Shown here: positions 40,401 to 54,430 of the stretch, piece after piece | Numbering within the stretch: position 1 is the first letter of the stretch | Layout of the letters: every line of letters starts with the position of its first letter | Assembly (NCBI GenBank): GCA_030141605.1 | Contig: JAQGDQ010000175.1 | Coordinates: 186,001 to 250,000, forward strand | Length of the DNA: 64,000 nt | Direction: 5' to 3' | Origin: Tubiluchus corallicola | Lineage: Eukaryota; Animalia; Priapulida | Notes under the pieces: model-generated | Databases searched by the model: none | What the model was told of the DNA's origin: nothing | Seen by the model: the letters and a program-made list of their open reading frames with translations, nothing else | Translations under genes and position numbers: made by a program

Positions 40401-43400
40401 ATAATGTTGTTTTTTTAAATATTTTATGACACAAGATCAGATAAGTCATGGTATTTGCAGGAAACTTGAGCTGCATCATTTTTATTTTCTGTATTTTTGC
40501 TTAAAAATCCTTGTACCATTATTTTTAGGAGTTCTTCGTCAGAAAACTAATGTTAATGCTAAATGCAAAAATTTTGAACTTTCTATTTAGGTCCCGACGA
40601 GGTCTTGCCAGCCACAGAATTCTACACATGTGATCCTCACGTCCCAGTTAGACTGCGTATTGGTGACGTTCATCCCTTTTCTGAAAAACCACAATCTGTA
40701 CCGGGGTTGTTAGCAGAGAGAGCAAAAGAGTTTCCTCACCATCCTGCGGTGTCAGTGAAAAGAAATGGAGAGTGGGTGACGTGGACATACAAGCAGTACT
40801 ATGAGGACATAAGAAGAGCTGCTAAGGGCTTTATACAAGTAAGATAATTATGTAGTTCGAAGTTTTGCACTGTTTTTCCTTTTTCCTTTTCTCTTTGAAA
40901 CCCTTTGCTTCATTGACCTCCAGTTAGTAAAGTTTCTATAATGACTAATATCTAAGAGTATTGTTTGCTTTGAGTAACTTGACCTTCTACATTTCTACTG
41001 CTGCTTACAGAACATTATCTATTTGTTTATTGTTTAACAAGACATACCAGTGAGAAATTGTGTTTCAAATTATGTACTTTATGCTTTACTTAAAAAAATT
41101 GTAATTTATTTTAGCTTGGGCTGGAACCATATCATGGTGTTGGTATTCTTGGATTCAACTCACCGGAATGGTTTATATCTGATTTTGCTGCTATATTTGC
41201 TGGGTTAGTTTTTTTTTCTATTTTGACATTTCATTTCAGCCTAGCTACAGTTTATGTTAAGTACTAATACTCTGTTTTCTCTTATTAAATACACATTAGC
41301 AATGCAGGTTTTTATATATTTTAGAGGTCTAGCATCTGGTATATATGCTACTAATTCACCGGAAGCTTGTCAGTTCGTAGCTGCAGACTGCGAGGCTAAC
41401 ATTATCGTTGTTGAAGACGAAAAGCAGCTGATGAAAATCTTACAAGTGAAGAAGGATTTGCCTCATTTAAAAGCGATTGTACAGTATTTAGGAAACCCTC
41501 CAAAAGAAACTGGTGCATACTCCGTAAGTATATTTTATGTTTTTATCAACTTTTTTCTGATAAGTTCATGCTAAAGTAGAGCATGTAATGGCCATTAAGT
41601 AAAGCTAATTGAGAAATTGTTTAACAATAAAATTACTTTTAGTGCTAATAATTGTTTTTCAATAATTTCACTGTAGGAACATCCTGTTTCTCAAAACATT
41701 ATTCAGATAATTTGCACAAACCTTTTTTCAGCATTCTAACTACACTTTTAATTGAAACAAAAAAATCACAACACTCTGACATACAGTAAGCTTTTCACAC
41801 CGAATCTAAAAAAGAGAAATGGCTATTGGCATTATACATTTGATATCAGATTTTTTCCTATTTTTTGTTTGCTGATAATTCATTTCTTTGTTGTTATTTG
41901 TGGAAAATTAAGGTCATGGATTATGTATGTATGTATGTACATATGCATATGTGTGTGTTTGTGTGCATGCGTGCGTGTGTGCATGCGCATGTGTACATGT
42001 GTGTATATATGTGTATGTATTTTTTCTGATGGAATAAAAGCAAAATTATGTTTCATATCCATGTCGATGTGACAGTTCATAAAAGTTGTGCATAACACGC
42101 TATACGCATTATATTTCTATGGAAAGTCGCCGACCCATTTGACAGCTTGTTCTACTCTTTAACTTATTGTGTATTATGTGCTGCTTGACTAACATAAATG
42201 ATGTTTTCGCAATTATGCAGTAAAATTACCCATTGTTAAATATGTTTTAGTGGTCTGAGCTTATGGATTTGGCATCAAGTGTACCTGATGCAGTTTTGGA
42301 TGAGCGAATTCGAACACTTGCACCTAACAAGTGTTGCACTCTTATATATACCTCAGGAACTACAGGAACACCCAAGGGTGTCATGCTCACCCATGATAAT
42401 GTGAGTACTGTACATTGTTTTCTATGTGGCGAAGCTAAATGTTAAGAAGTCCAAAAGCAATATGAGGTTGGAGAGCTACTAAATCACTTTTAATAGCAAG
42501 TGTTAAGCCTAATTTTGTTAAATTTTGTTTTTATAAAATATAATGTTTACATCTCTTCTTTCATGTGTACTATAGATAGTTTTACTTGAGCATTGTGTAA
42601 TCATGTATTTTTCTCTTACAGTTAATCTGGACAGCTAATCGCTGTGTAGAGTCTGTTTTTGGTAATCTTAATCGCAGATGTCAAGATGTTCTTGTCAGCT
42701 ATCTGCCGCTTTCACACATAGCCGCACAGGTACAATCATTTTCTAGTATTCATTAATCCGTGAGTTCAAGTAGTAATAAAATCTAATTACTGTATATCAT
42801 TTGAGTCTAATTAATGCCTATCATTTTGCACTCGTGTCCATTCAAATCATATCAGAGGAAAAGCAAACTATTCATTTAATATAACTCACCTCTGCAGCTC
42901 CTTTCATCATTTCGACACTGATTATGACTTTAGATTGGCAGATTCGTGTAAGGAACCCAAAACTGTGTTATTCATACACTTATTTTCTACACAACTTTTT
43001 TTTGGCTTGTGCTTTAACTATAATCACTATTGCAATGCGATACAACATATATATACTATATACACAATGAGCAAAAACATATAAGCATCAATAGCTAAGG
43101 ATACTAGTATCATGCTATAGAAAAACTCTGTGTTTGCAGACTTGTTTCTCATGAATCCATTCTGAATTTTGTTTTTTAATAACATTAACATACATTTGGA
43201 TTGCTTCTTTAAAGTGATTAATTGTGGCTGCTTCCATGGCCCATTGGGGTAAACAATTCCACAGATCAATTATCCAATGGCTGAAAAAGTATGTTCTTAA
43301 ATCCAGCTTCGCTGTATTCTTGTACAGTTATAACTGGCTTCGCATCGTCCTCCCGTGACTTTTAAATGTGAAGAAGTTTCCAACGTATAAGCATTTTCCT

Positions 43401-46400
43401 ATATAAGAAAGCATAGGCAGTCGGGTACTGGTTGTTCAAGTCTGTTGATATAAAGTTGTGTTAATCTTGGCTTGAAGATGTCAAAAGAGTGGCAGTTATA
43501 CTTTGAAATAAAGGGGCTCAAGATTAACATTCTTATGTATATTATTATTGAATTTCCTAAAACTTGTATATTCTTTTTCATGCACAATGGTTTTAGATTG
43601 CTTCAAAACAGAATATGTTTCAGTACTTTAGTGTTAACTGCACATAGCTCATTTAGCACAAACTGCATAACTTTGTTTTATTTTTGTGTGAATAAATAGA
43701 ATGTGTTACTCATTGCTGCAGCAAGAATATTCTAACTTGCAAATAGTGTCATTTTTCCTTACAGAAAAGTGTAAATAATGTATAGAAATTTTACAAAAAC
43801 AACTCTTTCATGAAATAATTGTTTCAGATGCAGGACTTGTTTTTACCAATTGTAGTTTGTGCTACAGTATGTATTGCTCAGCCAGATGCACTCAAGGTTT
43901 GTATTATTGTGATTACATTACAGCAGCTATCTAAAAACACAGCACTCGCACTTCAGTATTGTTTTGCTTGTGCTGTGTGATTTAGATTGGCTGAATTCAT
44001 TGATTAAAATATTAAACAGATTCATGTACTGTGTTTCAGTTGGTTGATATGTATTGTGGTATATCATTGGCGGCGAATGTTTGTTTTGCTGCTCCTGATG
44101 CATTGAAGGTTTGATATATCTGACATATTGTTGTGTTATACGTACAGCTATTTACGTGTTTCACGTTTTAGCTTAGTTTCTTGCTTTATTAGTGGGGATA
44201 CAGGTTTGATACTCGCATTGCCAGTAGGGAGATGGTGCTTAAGTTGAGCTTAGATAAATATTCTGTGTGTTTGAGGAAAAGATTGCAGATTACTTATAGT
44301 TGCTAAAATAAAAGTAAAGGTGGCCGGTATGCAAATTTTATGTTCATCTAATTCAGACATTGTCTTCTTAATGCTTGGTAGTGCTCGGTCCTATATAAAA
44401 GACTGTAAGATATTATTTTCAAAAGTTCGTCTCTTAAATCGTAATTTTAAATGATACAATTTGCTGACGATCTCTCATTTAGTATTATAATTATTTATCA
44501 TGCTGCTAGATGATACTGCTGTCTGTATTACTAAATGTTGTTGACTAATGGTGCTGCGGGTGAAGGGCGAGGCCGTAGTTTGTGCATCTCTGTTTGTTAT
44601 ATTAGCAAAGAATGTTTCTGTTAAACAGCCCTCAATGATTTGGCTGGAAACTGCTATTACATCATGATGTGTTTCTATATAATATGTTTGTTGTGACATG
44701 GTGTTACGAGTTTAGTTCCATTAAAGCTTCGTAGTTGTGCTTTTCTGGAAAAATTATTTTTAGATTTTGTGATAAAATTTGTTGTTCGTTAGTAATTGCT
44801 GTTCTCTGGTATGGCAAGTGGAACGCATTATTAGTTAATATATTTTTTATCTCATTAAAATTCATTAATTAACAACCTGTTCTCTTTGCCAACAATTTGA
44901 TTAATACTTTTCACTTATTTGAAACGTTTGTGTAATGGGTGTTAATTATTCAGAAATATAGAAAGCATTGTTATTGTTTTTATAATTTGATTTTTTGTCA
45001 TTTAACAGGGTACATTAGTCGATACAATGAAAGAAGTTCGGCCTACAGTATTTATGGGTGTGCCTAGAGTGTTCGAGAAAATTCAGGAGAAAATGCAAGC
45101 AGTAGGTCGCTCAATGACCGGATTAAAAAAAGCAATTGGTACCTGGGCAAAAGAAATCGGATTGAGAGGCAACATGGCATTAGTTAATGGGTAAAGTGTT
45201 TGTAATTATAATAACTCATTTATCCCCACAATAACTCAATGTTCTACCAGTTTGCAGTTATTCAGTTTGTTGTTGAGCTAAATAAATTTACTTTGCAGTT
45301 AGTGGTAAGTGTAAACATTTGCAGCTGTGTAAATATATGTCCTAGTCATCGACTATTACTGTTGTTTTTCACATGCAAACATTCTTTTTATTCTATGCAC
45401 AGAACACGTTTTTTCTGGGCAAACATTTTTTGCGCATGTGGACGATGAATTGCAACATGGCAGCAAAAACTGTGCATAATCATTAGAAAATTCGCTTTAT
45501 TGCTTAATTATTTTAGGTTAGCTTACTCTTTGTGCCATTTAATCAATATTCAAATCTAATTTGTTGATCTACTTGCTTTAGTTAAAAATTAATTCTTGTA
45601 GCGAATCACTACCATGGGGCTGGACGATAGCAAATGTTTTGGTATTCAAAAACATTCGCAAAGCTTTGGGTTTGGACCGTTGTCACATGTTAGTAACTGG
45701 AGCTGCGCCAATTACTCGAGACACACTTGATTATTTCATGAGTATTAATCTTCCTCTGTTTGAGCTCTACGGAATGAGTGAATCAACAGGTGAAAATGTT
45801 TTTCTTATCCGTGTTTGTCTTTTTGAGAGATTTATGCCCATTTTGAGAAAACTTATTTGCACGTTTCGCCCATGCTAAGTCATTACCACATAGTAGTCAT
45901 TTAATTACAAACTTTTCACTTTAGTGGCAATTTTTGGCTTTGTGTAAGATTCTAAATTTTATAAAGAGTTGCTACCTCAGCATTAATCACTGTACACTCA
46001 TATCTCGGTTTGCGGAACCTCATTGTTTAAATGTTGTTACAGAATCTGGTAACAAACCTCAGCTCATCGCAGAAAATGTATTATTTTGTCGATTTGTACC
46101 CAGATGTTGTTTTTTATTGCTAGCAGATCTGTTTTTCTTTCGAGCAGTGCACATTAAAATTGTTTTGTTTGAAAAATACTTGTTCGTACAAATTAGAAAT
46201 TTCATCACAAACCTCCAATCTTTCTATAACAAAATTATCAATTGTCCACTTGAACTTGTTTATAAAGTAATGCATTCTAAAATCATTGCGTTCTTTCATT
46301 TTGCGTGGATTTGACTTTCCACAATATCCCAATTGCTTAGAATATCATGCCGACTGACGCATTTGTACAAACAAAACAGGTGAACTATAATTTGGTCATT

Positions 46401-49400
46401 ACGGTTAACCTATCCATTTATAAGAAACATGTTGCTGTGGACTGACCTGCCAATTAACAACTGTTTGCTGTTAGAATAAAAAATTATATTCAAATTTGCT
46501 GTCTGTTTACTGTTGAGTCATAAAAATTGATTTCATTGATCTGTTTTAGGTCCACATACTGTTAATTTACCTACAGCTATACGGGTTGGCAGTGTTGGCA
46601 GAGTGTTTGTTGGTGCAAGTAATAAAATTTTTGAACCTGATGAAGATGGTGAAGGAGAGGTTAATATATTAGTATTATATTATTTACTAATATTGTCAGT
46701 TAGTCTTCTTTTTAATCAATTATTTGCAAAAACATTGAGCATATTATTAAGTTGATATACAATAATAAGGCAGCTGACAAGAACATATGCAGTCATGAAG
46801 AAAATTATATCCACGTAAGGATTTTTTCTCAAAGGCTGAAATGTGTCACTCTGACTATAGATACAGTGCAAAACTGTATGAATTTTAAACTCTACCTTAC
46901 CATTACGACAGCAGATTGTTTTATGTATTCTGTGGCATATGAACTTTTGCTTTAATTTAACTGATTAAAGTATTGCTTTGCTTCCTTTCTCACGCTATTT
47001 ATTGTAACTAAAGCTGGGAATATTTCATTGTTCATTAGTCCAATTCTTACATTACATTTTTAATGCATGGGACCACTACATCAGGTATTAAATATTTTGT
47101 GAGGGAACATTTTTTGTTGCAAACTTGCTGTGCATTCGTAATTAATTATCATGTGCTCTTTGACAGCTTTAAGAAATCACAAATCTGTCTGTAGTCTTGA
47201 AAAATACAAAAACATAGCACCATAACCGTAAGTGTTTTGAGTCATTATGTCAGTTATTATAAGCATTGAGGTGGGTGTGTTTTGCAGGTTTGTATGCGAG
47301 GTCGTCATGTATTTATTGGTTATTTGGGTGCCAAGCAAAAGACAGAAGAGACCATAGATGAAGATGGTTGGTTACACAGTGGTGATATAGGCAGAGTAGA
47401 TTCTGATGGATATGTTTATATTACCGGCAGGTAATGATATAATTTTACTATTGATAAAAACCCAAGATAAAATGAGTTCTTGACAGATAGCTAATCAACC
47501 TCATCAGCAACAGTAAAATAAGACATTAACTTGTTGTGGTTTGTCAGGCCAAAAGCAACACCAGTTAGGCCAAATCTGAAAGTTTTTCCTATTGCAGGCA
47601 CTAGAGCTGTTTTCTAAGCATAATTCAGATTGTTATTATTTACTGAGGTCATTGAATACAACAAAATCTTCAAAGAAAACATGGTTTTTTATGTGACATT
47701 ATTTGCAAGCAAAATTTCTGCAAAATAACATTACTAGTGCCAAATACCTTGGCATTGCTTTTAGTTAAATACAGTTGGATGTTTGGTTACTTGGCATACA
47801 GCTGTCAACAGTCTCCTAAAATGCACAGTTCATTGTTACAAATTTAAAGTAGTAAATGTGTAGCTTTTGAAATAAATTCAGTGAGCTACAAGACTGTCAC
47901 TTTTATTGGTTTGAAGTTTTCATTTATCAACTATTTATTATAGGATTAAGGAACTTCTTATAACAGCTGGTGGCGAAAATGTTGCTCCTGTGCCGATTGA
48001 GGATAGGATGAAAAAAGAGGTTCCAATTATCAGTAACGTGATGCTTGTGGGTGACAAACGCAAATTCATCTCTATGATCTTTACATTAAAAGTATGTTTG
48101 CTCCAAAAAGTGTCTTAGTTTGTATTTAATTATTTTGCTTATATGCTTATTTTATCATACATTTTCCATTGAATTTTATCAGTTTTTTTACAATTCAGCA
48201 CTCAGCAACTTGCAATCCAACACTCAGCGACAAGGCCTGCGCAATGTAAATCATTTGGGTGGAATCAAAATCAGTCACTTTGTCGAGGATAGTCATCTAT
48301 AACATACCAGCAGACATGTTTCAACTATGTTAAGTTGTGTATAAACCTTCTTCAACATGACAGATAACTATGGGCAGTACAGCAGATAAAACTTCTCAGA
48401 ATGTTTTTAATCAATCCACACCAGGCACTGTTTCACTTCGGTGGCTAAGCAATTTATTGAACTTAAATTGTCCTTTTCTATAGGTCCAGGTTGATTTGGA
48501 AACTGGAGAACCATCTGATAATCTTACAGACTTCACTCGAGATTGGCTGAGAAAATGTGACAGTGCAGCAACAACCACAGCAACAGAAATAATTCACACA
48601 AAGCCAGAAAAGGTGTGGCAAAGCTTTAAACTATTACAACTGTTTTTGACCATGTCATTAAACAAGCAATATCTGCTAACTTTCTTATACAATTTTGAAT
48701 CTTGCAAACCAAAATCCAGCATATAATGGCAAATACTACGCAAATTAGGTGGTCATAGCGAGGGATGAGCCGATCAGAAAAATAATCCACGATCGGCAAG
48801 CAAACTTGCATATCTGAAGAGATCGGAGATCGGAGTCATGATACACTTTAATATCGGTAATGGTAACGTGGCCTAATGATGTGCAGTTAAGTGAAATCAG
48901 ATCGTAATTCATCTTATTTTATGTCGCACTTATCCACCCCTAACCAAACTGTTGCAAAGTAACAAATCAGCTAACCGACAGAAGACGGTTTTTATTCTTT
49001 TCTAATGGATTGTGAGGTGCTAACCTGCATTTAGTTTACATGCTTACTCTGAAAGGTAAAATTAAGCATTTGCAGACACTCAAATTGCTTGCCATTGTTA
49101 TCGCCGGAGTAAAGAAATTACGTCTGATAATGCTCAGCAGCAACCAAGCAAAATGATCTTGAAGGGCTGAACCAGCTGGGATTGTATATACGACTCATGT
49201 CTGTTAGCTTTGGAAAGCTAATATTATCTTAGTGTATTACAAAGAATTACTGGTCTGACTACTATTGCCTATAATTAACAAGTTTACATTCTTTTCATAA
49301 CTTTCATCAGACATCAATTAAAGCAATTAAATAGTTATATTATTAACTTATTTACTTACACTTGACCTACTTTCAACTCTCTGTGATTGGCCATAAGTCT

Positions 49401-51354
49401 AGCACTACTGCTGAACTTTGTGAAACCACATCAGAATTTCTTTGTGTTTCACTTACTACTCACATGTGCATTTAAGCAGTTAATTCAATTAATGGCCATA
49501 AATATTGTAGAAGGCATTTAAATTACAAATTTTCACTGATGCTAAATTTTAAAGTTAACACCTGAAATAAATTTTCGCTCTGAGTACATTTTTTAATAAA
49601 GTTCTTATTTTGTCATTTAGTGTCTAATACGATCAGAATAAACACTTATGGTCATTAATCTCTCCAAAAATGCTTTCTTTATTTAATTTTGACTTCTACA
49701 ATCAGTCTTAAATTCATCGCTTGTTGCGGCAATTGTCATGCCATCATATCAGATTAGGTCTGAGATCGGATATCTGATCGGCCAATAAGCAAAAATAATC
49801 TGATCAGATTGAAAGAAGTTTGACATCCCTGGTTGTAGCAAGATTGGCCCTGGTGCATCATTAAGACTATACAGCAATTTTGGTTGTGCTTTTTTCATTT
49901 TTAACTTTACTTCTTTTGTTAGGTGTTCAAAGCAATTCAGGATGGCGTAGATCGTGCTAATAAAATGGCCGTATCTCGTGCGCAGATCGTACAGAAGTGG
50001 AGAATTCTACCTGGCGACTTTTCCATACCTGGTTTTGAATTAGGTATACCTTTTGCTTTGTTCTGCTGTACTTAATTTGTTATTATTTTATTTCTTCATG
50101 TTAATGTGATTATGTGTTTCTGTAATCTGCTTAGTCAAAACTCAGGAATCATACATAGATTTTATATACATAAGGCAACACAGTTACCCATAAGCACCTC
50201 GTAACAAATACCACAAACAATTTTGTTATATACTTGTGCTTCTTGGCTACTTGTGAATATTTCCTATTTTCAGCTTGCTCTGCTGTTTACAGTACAACAC
50301 TATAGCAAACATGGTTATTGTGCACACATTGGTAATGCGAACTCACAAAAAAGAACAAACTTTCTTCATTCGTTTAATTAATATAATCGCTTTCATTACA
50401 GCGTACTCGGTTATTGCGTATTGCGGACTTTTTGTTGGGCCTATTGCCTGTTTATAATGTATTTAGTTTTTATTGCATACTTTGCCTTTGCTAGCTGTTT
50501 GCAAATTTATTAATGGTTAAATTTAAACCATCATTCTTGGTGCTACAAAAACGTTGTTAACATGCAAATGATGCACTATGCAGAGTTGTTAACACGTCGT
50601 ATCTTAAGGTCATTTTGTCTATTTAGCTGTATTAAAACAATGAGTCACTCCTCCGGGGGTTTCGTGTTTTAAGTACTTAAATTGGCAGCTCACTCCTAAG
50701 ATGAGATGTTTCATCAAGTGATGAATACTACTGCAATTACTTTGCAAAAACTCATACAAGAGCGAAACAGAAATTTTATGCTGCGAAAACTGACTTACTT
50801 TTTTAATCTCATTGATTTTATACTTTATCACATAAGTTACAACTGAAAGTGTGCATGCAATTTAATATGAAACATTCATTAATTTTTAGTTTATTGAAGT
50901 CAAATAAACTACTTTTCATCGAATTTGAATATACTAGAAAGTAGGTGATTTTTGATAGCACATTCCAAAAGCACTTTACATCCTCTATGAAGCCAGATAT
51001 TGTACTTTATTTGTGCAAGTTAATTAATTGCTTGCCCATCTAGCAGTCGTATCCATATTATTAGTCCCATATGCTTATAAAGTAGCTCCGTTATAGAATG
51101 CTTTTTTCTGGGTCCCTAGCAGGTTCTCTGTAATGATATTATACTGTATTTCAATTTAATAGTTTCTATACAGTACTTATTTTTAACTTTTATTTTTCAA
51201 ATGATTAATAAAATATATTTAAACTTTTGTTACCGTAGCAAACTTAATAACTAAATATGTTGACTTGTTGTTCGTAGGTCCAACACTGAAGTTGCGTCGG
51301 CCGATCGTGCACAAGAAATACGCGGACATCATTAATGAAATGTATGCAGAGTAG
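37478..51354 (+). CDS. ACSBG2: Long-chain fatty-acid-CoA ligase, bubblegum family (ACSBG1/2-like), ~718 aa
   Basis: Exons: 37478-37512, 38390-38550, 40591-40838, 41115-41203, 41325-41523, 42251-42400, 42622-42729, [43828-43896 or 44040-44108], 45009-45190, 45602-45789, 46550-46659, 47288-47430, 47944-48091, 48484-48612, 49923-50043, 51278-51354. Phases are consistent. Motifs: [83 protein letters not shown]. The first two exons are less certain than the core, and the symbol only denotes family (ACSBG1/2 co-ortholog). Confidence 0.93.
41923..42018. repeat. TG/TATG low-complexity microsatellite
   Basis: Direct reading. Confidence 0.85.
43120..43480 (-). mobile_element. 3' end of a CR1-like LINE
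   Basis: Minus strand translates [40 protein letters not shown] (CR1 FFSxRVxxxWNxLP...FK signature). A related 3' tail lies at ~55897-55995. Confidence 0.7.
43828..43896 (+). CDS. ACSBG exon 8a ([23 protein letters not shown]), one of a tandem exon pair
   Basis: gtttcag acceptor, AAG|GTTTGT donor, 69 nt, phase 0/0, matches the ACSBG segment between [10 protein letters not shown] and GTLV. Confidence 0.85.
44040..44108 (+). CDS. ACSBG exon 8b ([23 protein letters not shown]), paralog of 8a
   Basis: gtttcag acceptor, AAG|GTTTGA donor, 69 nt, phase 0/0, same xxD...VCxAxPDALK pattern as 8a. Confidence 0.85.
48760..49831. mobile_element. hAT-like MITE
   Basis: Ends GAGGGATG/CATCCCTG, CCGATC/GATCGG subterminal repeats, degenerate 8-bp TSD GTCATAGC/GTTGTAGC. 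Confidence 0.6.
50290..51147. mobile_element. Tc1/mariner (Tigger-like) MITE; a related copy begins at ~5647
   Basis: TA|CAGTACAACAC ... GATATTATACTG|TA. The 5' part matches 5647-5805 (TATAGCAAACA, GGTTATTGCGTA). Confidence 0.55.
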
Positions 51355-53779
51355 GGAAAGCTCATTAAATGTTGTGATATAGAATTGTAAAAAAAAATTT
51401 GCTGTTTTTTGCCCACTCGTAGCAGAATTTATTTTTCTATACAGTATCTTATACAAGAAAATTTAAAATTTCCATTTTTGCATACATACATATACATATT
51501 GCATATACATCAAGCAGTGCTTGAATTTCCAGTATAAATGGTAAGTGGGTAAAAATAATGGCCTATATTTTCCTTGTTATTTGTTGAACATAAAAATACG
51601 TACAATATATACGGTGAATTTATACCATTCTATTAAATGTGCTGCCACCTTTTGTTTCAAATTCTGTAACGTTACCCAATATCTTTAGCAGAGACATAAA
51701 ATTTTTGTAATAATTTTCTGCATAACTAACATTATTCACTGTTTATTGCATAAAAGTATGTGTAGATTGTTTTATAACATTTCTTGTGCAAGTGTGACAC
51801 TGTCCATTTATTTGGTTAAATATTCAGAATGACAGTCCAGCTGATTTTTTATATAAACATTCCTGATTTTTCGTACTTGTTTGTAAAGCGTGATAATTAT
51901 TTTGTACAGATGTTTGAATAATTATTTTTAAACCAGTTTTTTCAAATACTGTACTGTTGATAGTTAATGGCATATGTAAAAAATAATGAGAAAATTTGTC
52001 TGAAATTCTACCAGTTGATGCCTTCCTTTAACTTCTATTTTGTAAGAAAAATTTATGACATCAAAGAAAAACAGGTTTTTCACAATGATACAAAATCTTT
52101 TTCTTGTATTTGGTATTTGTTTGATGAGTTAAGTTGCATGTACATCCTGAAACTATGTTTAATGTGTCCACTTAAAACTGAGATTGTCAGGTAGAAGAGC
52201 GGACAGTAAGGGGTAGTACTCGACTTGGATTTGCATGTCACGGACAACAAATCTTAACTGGAGCTTGTAATAAGTGATTTGAACTTGACTCGGGCTCGAA
52301 ACAGTGATTAACTATTGGTTTGACTGTTAGCACCTGTGGGGGACATTGACTAACATTCTTATTCGTCGCATTTATCATATTACGTATATATCCTCTTCAT
52401 GATGAAATTGTATTTTTGAAAGAAATGCTGTCAAAAAAATTTTCCAGAAATTTACAAAATTTCTAAATCAAAGTAAGCAAAAAAGCAAAATGTCATGCAC
52501 AATAATCCCGAAAAAGTTGTCTTTATCGTAGTTCTTTTTACTGTTACAAAATTTCAAATTAGTATGCCCCCAATCAACTACTCATAATTTTAAAATTGAG
52601 TTATAGCGTGCCATTTTAACTTCCAGTACAGCATTCCCACGTTATCACCAACATTTTGTTTTCAAATTATGTTGAGACTTGCCCCTGTAGTGCTGCTGAG
52701 CACCTTGACAAAACTTCTAAACATTTGATAGCAAGATCATGTGCTCACCTGGAATCTTTCCTTAATTTTGTCACTAATGTTAGCGTTTTCAACTCTATAA
52801 CTCTATTTTTTATCACGCCAGTAATACTGAACACAGAGTTTATCACAACAGTAATACTGAATCAAGTATTAATAATTTCAATATTATTACATGTGTAACT
52901 GTTGAACCTTTCTTCCTTCAAGGAAACTACGTTATGCAGTTCTATATTTACTATAATTATCACTATTGTACTACTATACACTTCTCTGTTATGTTTCTAT
53001 CCACCCCTCTGTTGTTATTGATTCGTTGGAACAAGTTAATAGGCTTCTATGTAGTAACAAGTGATTAACTCTCTTAATTTATAAGCACCTTTGTTGCTGT
53101 AGTTAGTTCTTCCTAGTGATTTCACTGACTTCTTCGTGCTAAAGTCACATTACACCAGCAGGTGTTGAAACAATATCTGGAAATTTTGCTGCATTGTAAA
53201 TAAATTTGTGTGATTTTTGTACTTTGTCCAGTGCTAGTGTTTATTTTGTTCTCTCATTATTTTCGACGCCTTTCGAGGAAGATGTTACAGGTAGGCAGAA
53301 GTTTGACAAAGATGGCTTTAGTCGTAGTGACACAAAAAAGCTGGAATGAACTAAAATTCCGCGGGTTCGGTTAATATCGATCGATCGTTTGAGTCTGGAA
53401 ATCGTCGACGACCTCAACGTGATCACTTCAGTTCAAGTTTTCAATTGTTAATTTATTATTTCTCACTGCTATTTTGTATTTTTTTGCAAAAAATTGTTCG
53501 ATTGTTATAACTAATACAAAACATAACGGTCTGAAACTTGTTGCCGCTAGTATAACATGGACTATCTTGAGCTTGAAGAAATGAAACTAACCAATGCAAA
53601 CAGTGGTAACCTAGTACTAGTAGTAGTACTATAATATTACTTTAGTAATAACTTGAAATATGGGGTGCCCATGGCATTGAATAGTTTAGTAACGTTGGCT
53701 TTGAGCGCGCCTGTCTCGTTGTACTTTTAAAATCACTTGTGTGTTCTGAAGGTGTTACGTTATTTGGGAGACGATTCTA

Positions 53780-54430
53780 TGAACTAATCACATACATTGC
53801 AGCGTGATGATTGCTCGTTACTTCTAACATTAGGATAAAAAAGTTTATCACAATGTCCCCGACGAAAAGATCTAAAAAAGAAATCAGTTAACTGCAGTAC
53901 AGTATCATCATTCAGAATCTTGTATGCATTTATAGGGCCTCCGATTTTCTGTTTCAAAATTGACAAAATCCCGTTTCAAAGAATCGTCACCAAATCAATA
54001 GTACTTCATCTTTGTTCTAGAGAAAACACGGGTGATAAATCAATATAATGTGCCAAGCAAAGGCAATACTTCTGAAACGACTCACTGACTGTATGTAATA
54101 CCTAATGACTATACAACAAGACCATATTCCAGCAAAGGACAGGCCAAATTTTATGCAGGCCCTTAAAGGCAAAATGACAGGCGGATCTTTACTGATTACA
54201 GTTCGCTTTATCATACCTTTAAGTCTATTGGTTTTTCTTTCTAATTCAGCAATATGATCATAAAACTTCCAATCATTAAACGCAATCATCCATAAGTCTT
54301 TAAAGCTGGAAATGTTGCAGACTGTTTTATCATTAACTACATAAGTATGACAAACGTGACTACTCATACGTACCAAGACATACTTAACAGGCTTCAGCTG
54401 CAAAAACCCCCAAACCAGAGAATAATTCAA
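53780..54430 (-). mobile_element. Decayed CR1-type LINE, region C-terminal to the RT
   Basis: KFYDHIAELERKTNRLKGMIKRTVISKDPPVILPL...IWS and AYKILND...FF...RGHCDKL match CR1 KANRxLGxIKRT and TRGHxxKL blocks. Confidence 0.7.

Noticed and set aside
41752-42098. ORFs rich in CV/HT
   Set aside because: They are translations of a TG microsatellite inside an intron.
46009-46110. [14 protein letters not shown] resembles the start of ACSBG exon 46550 (GPHTVN), suggesting a decayed duplicate exon
   Set aside because: The acceptor reads TTTGCGG rather than CAG, similarity ends after a few residues, and there is no matching donor.
51352-51390. Stop-codon readthrough extension of ACSBG
   Set aside because: The TAG-G context is not a leaky one, and the extension GKLIKCCDIEL carries no PTS1 or other clear signal.
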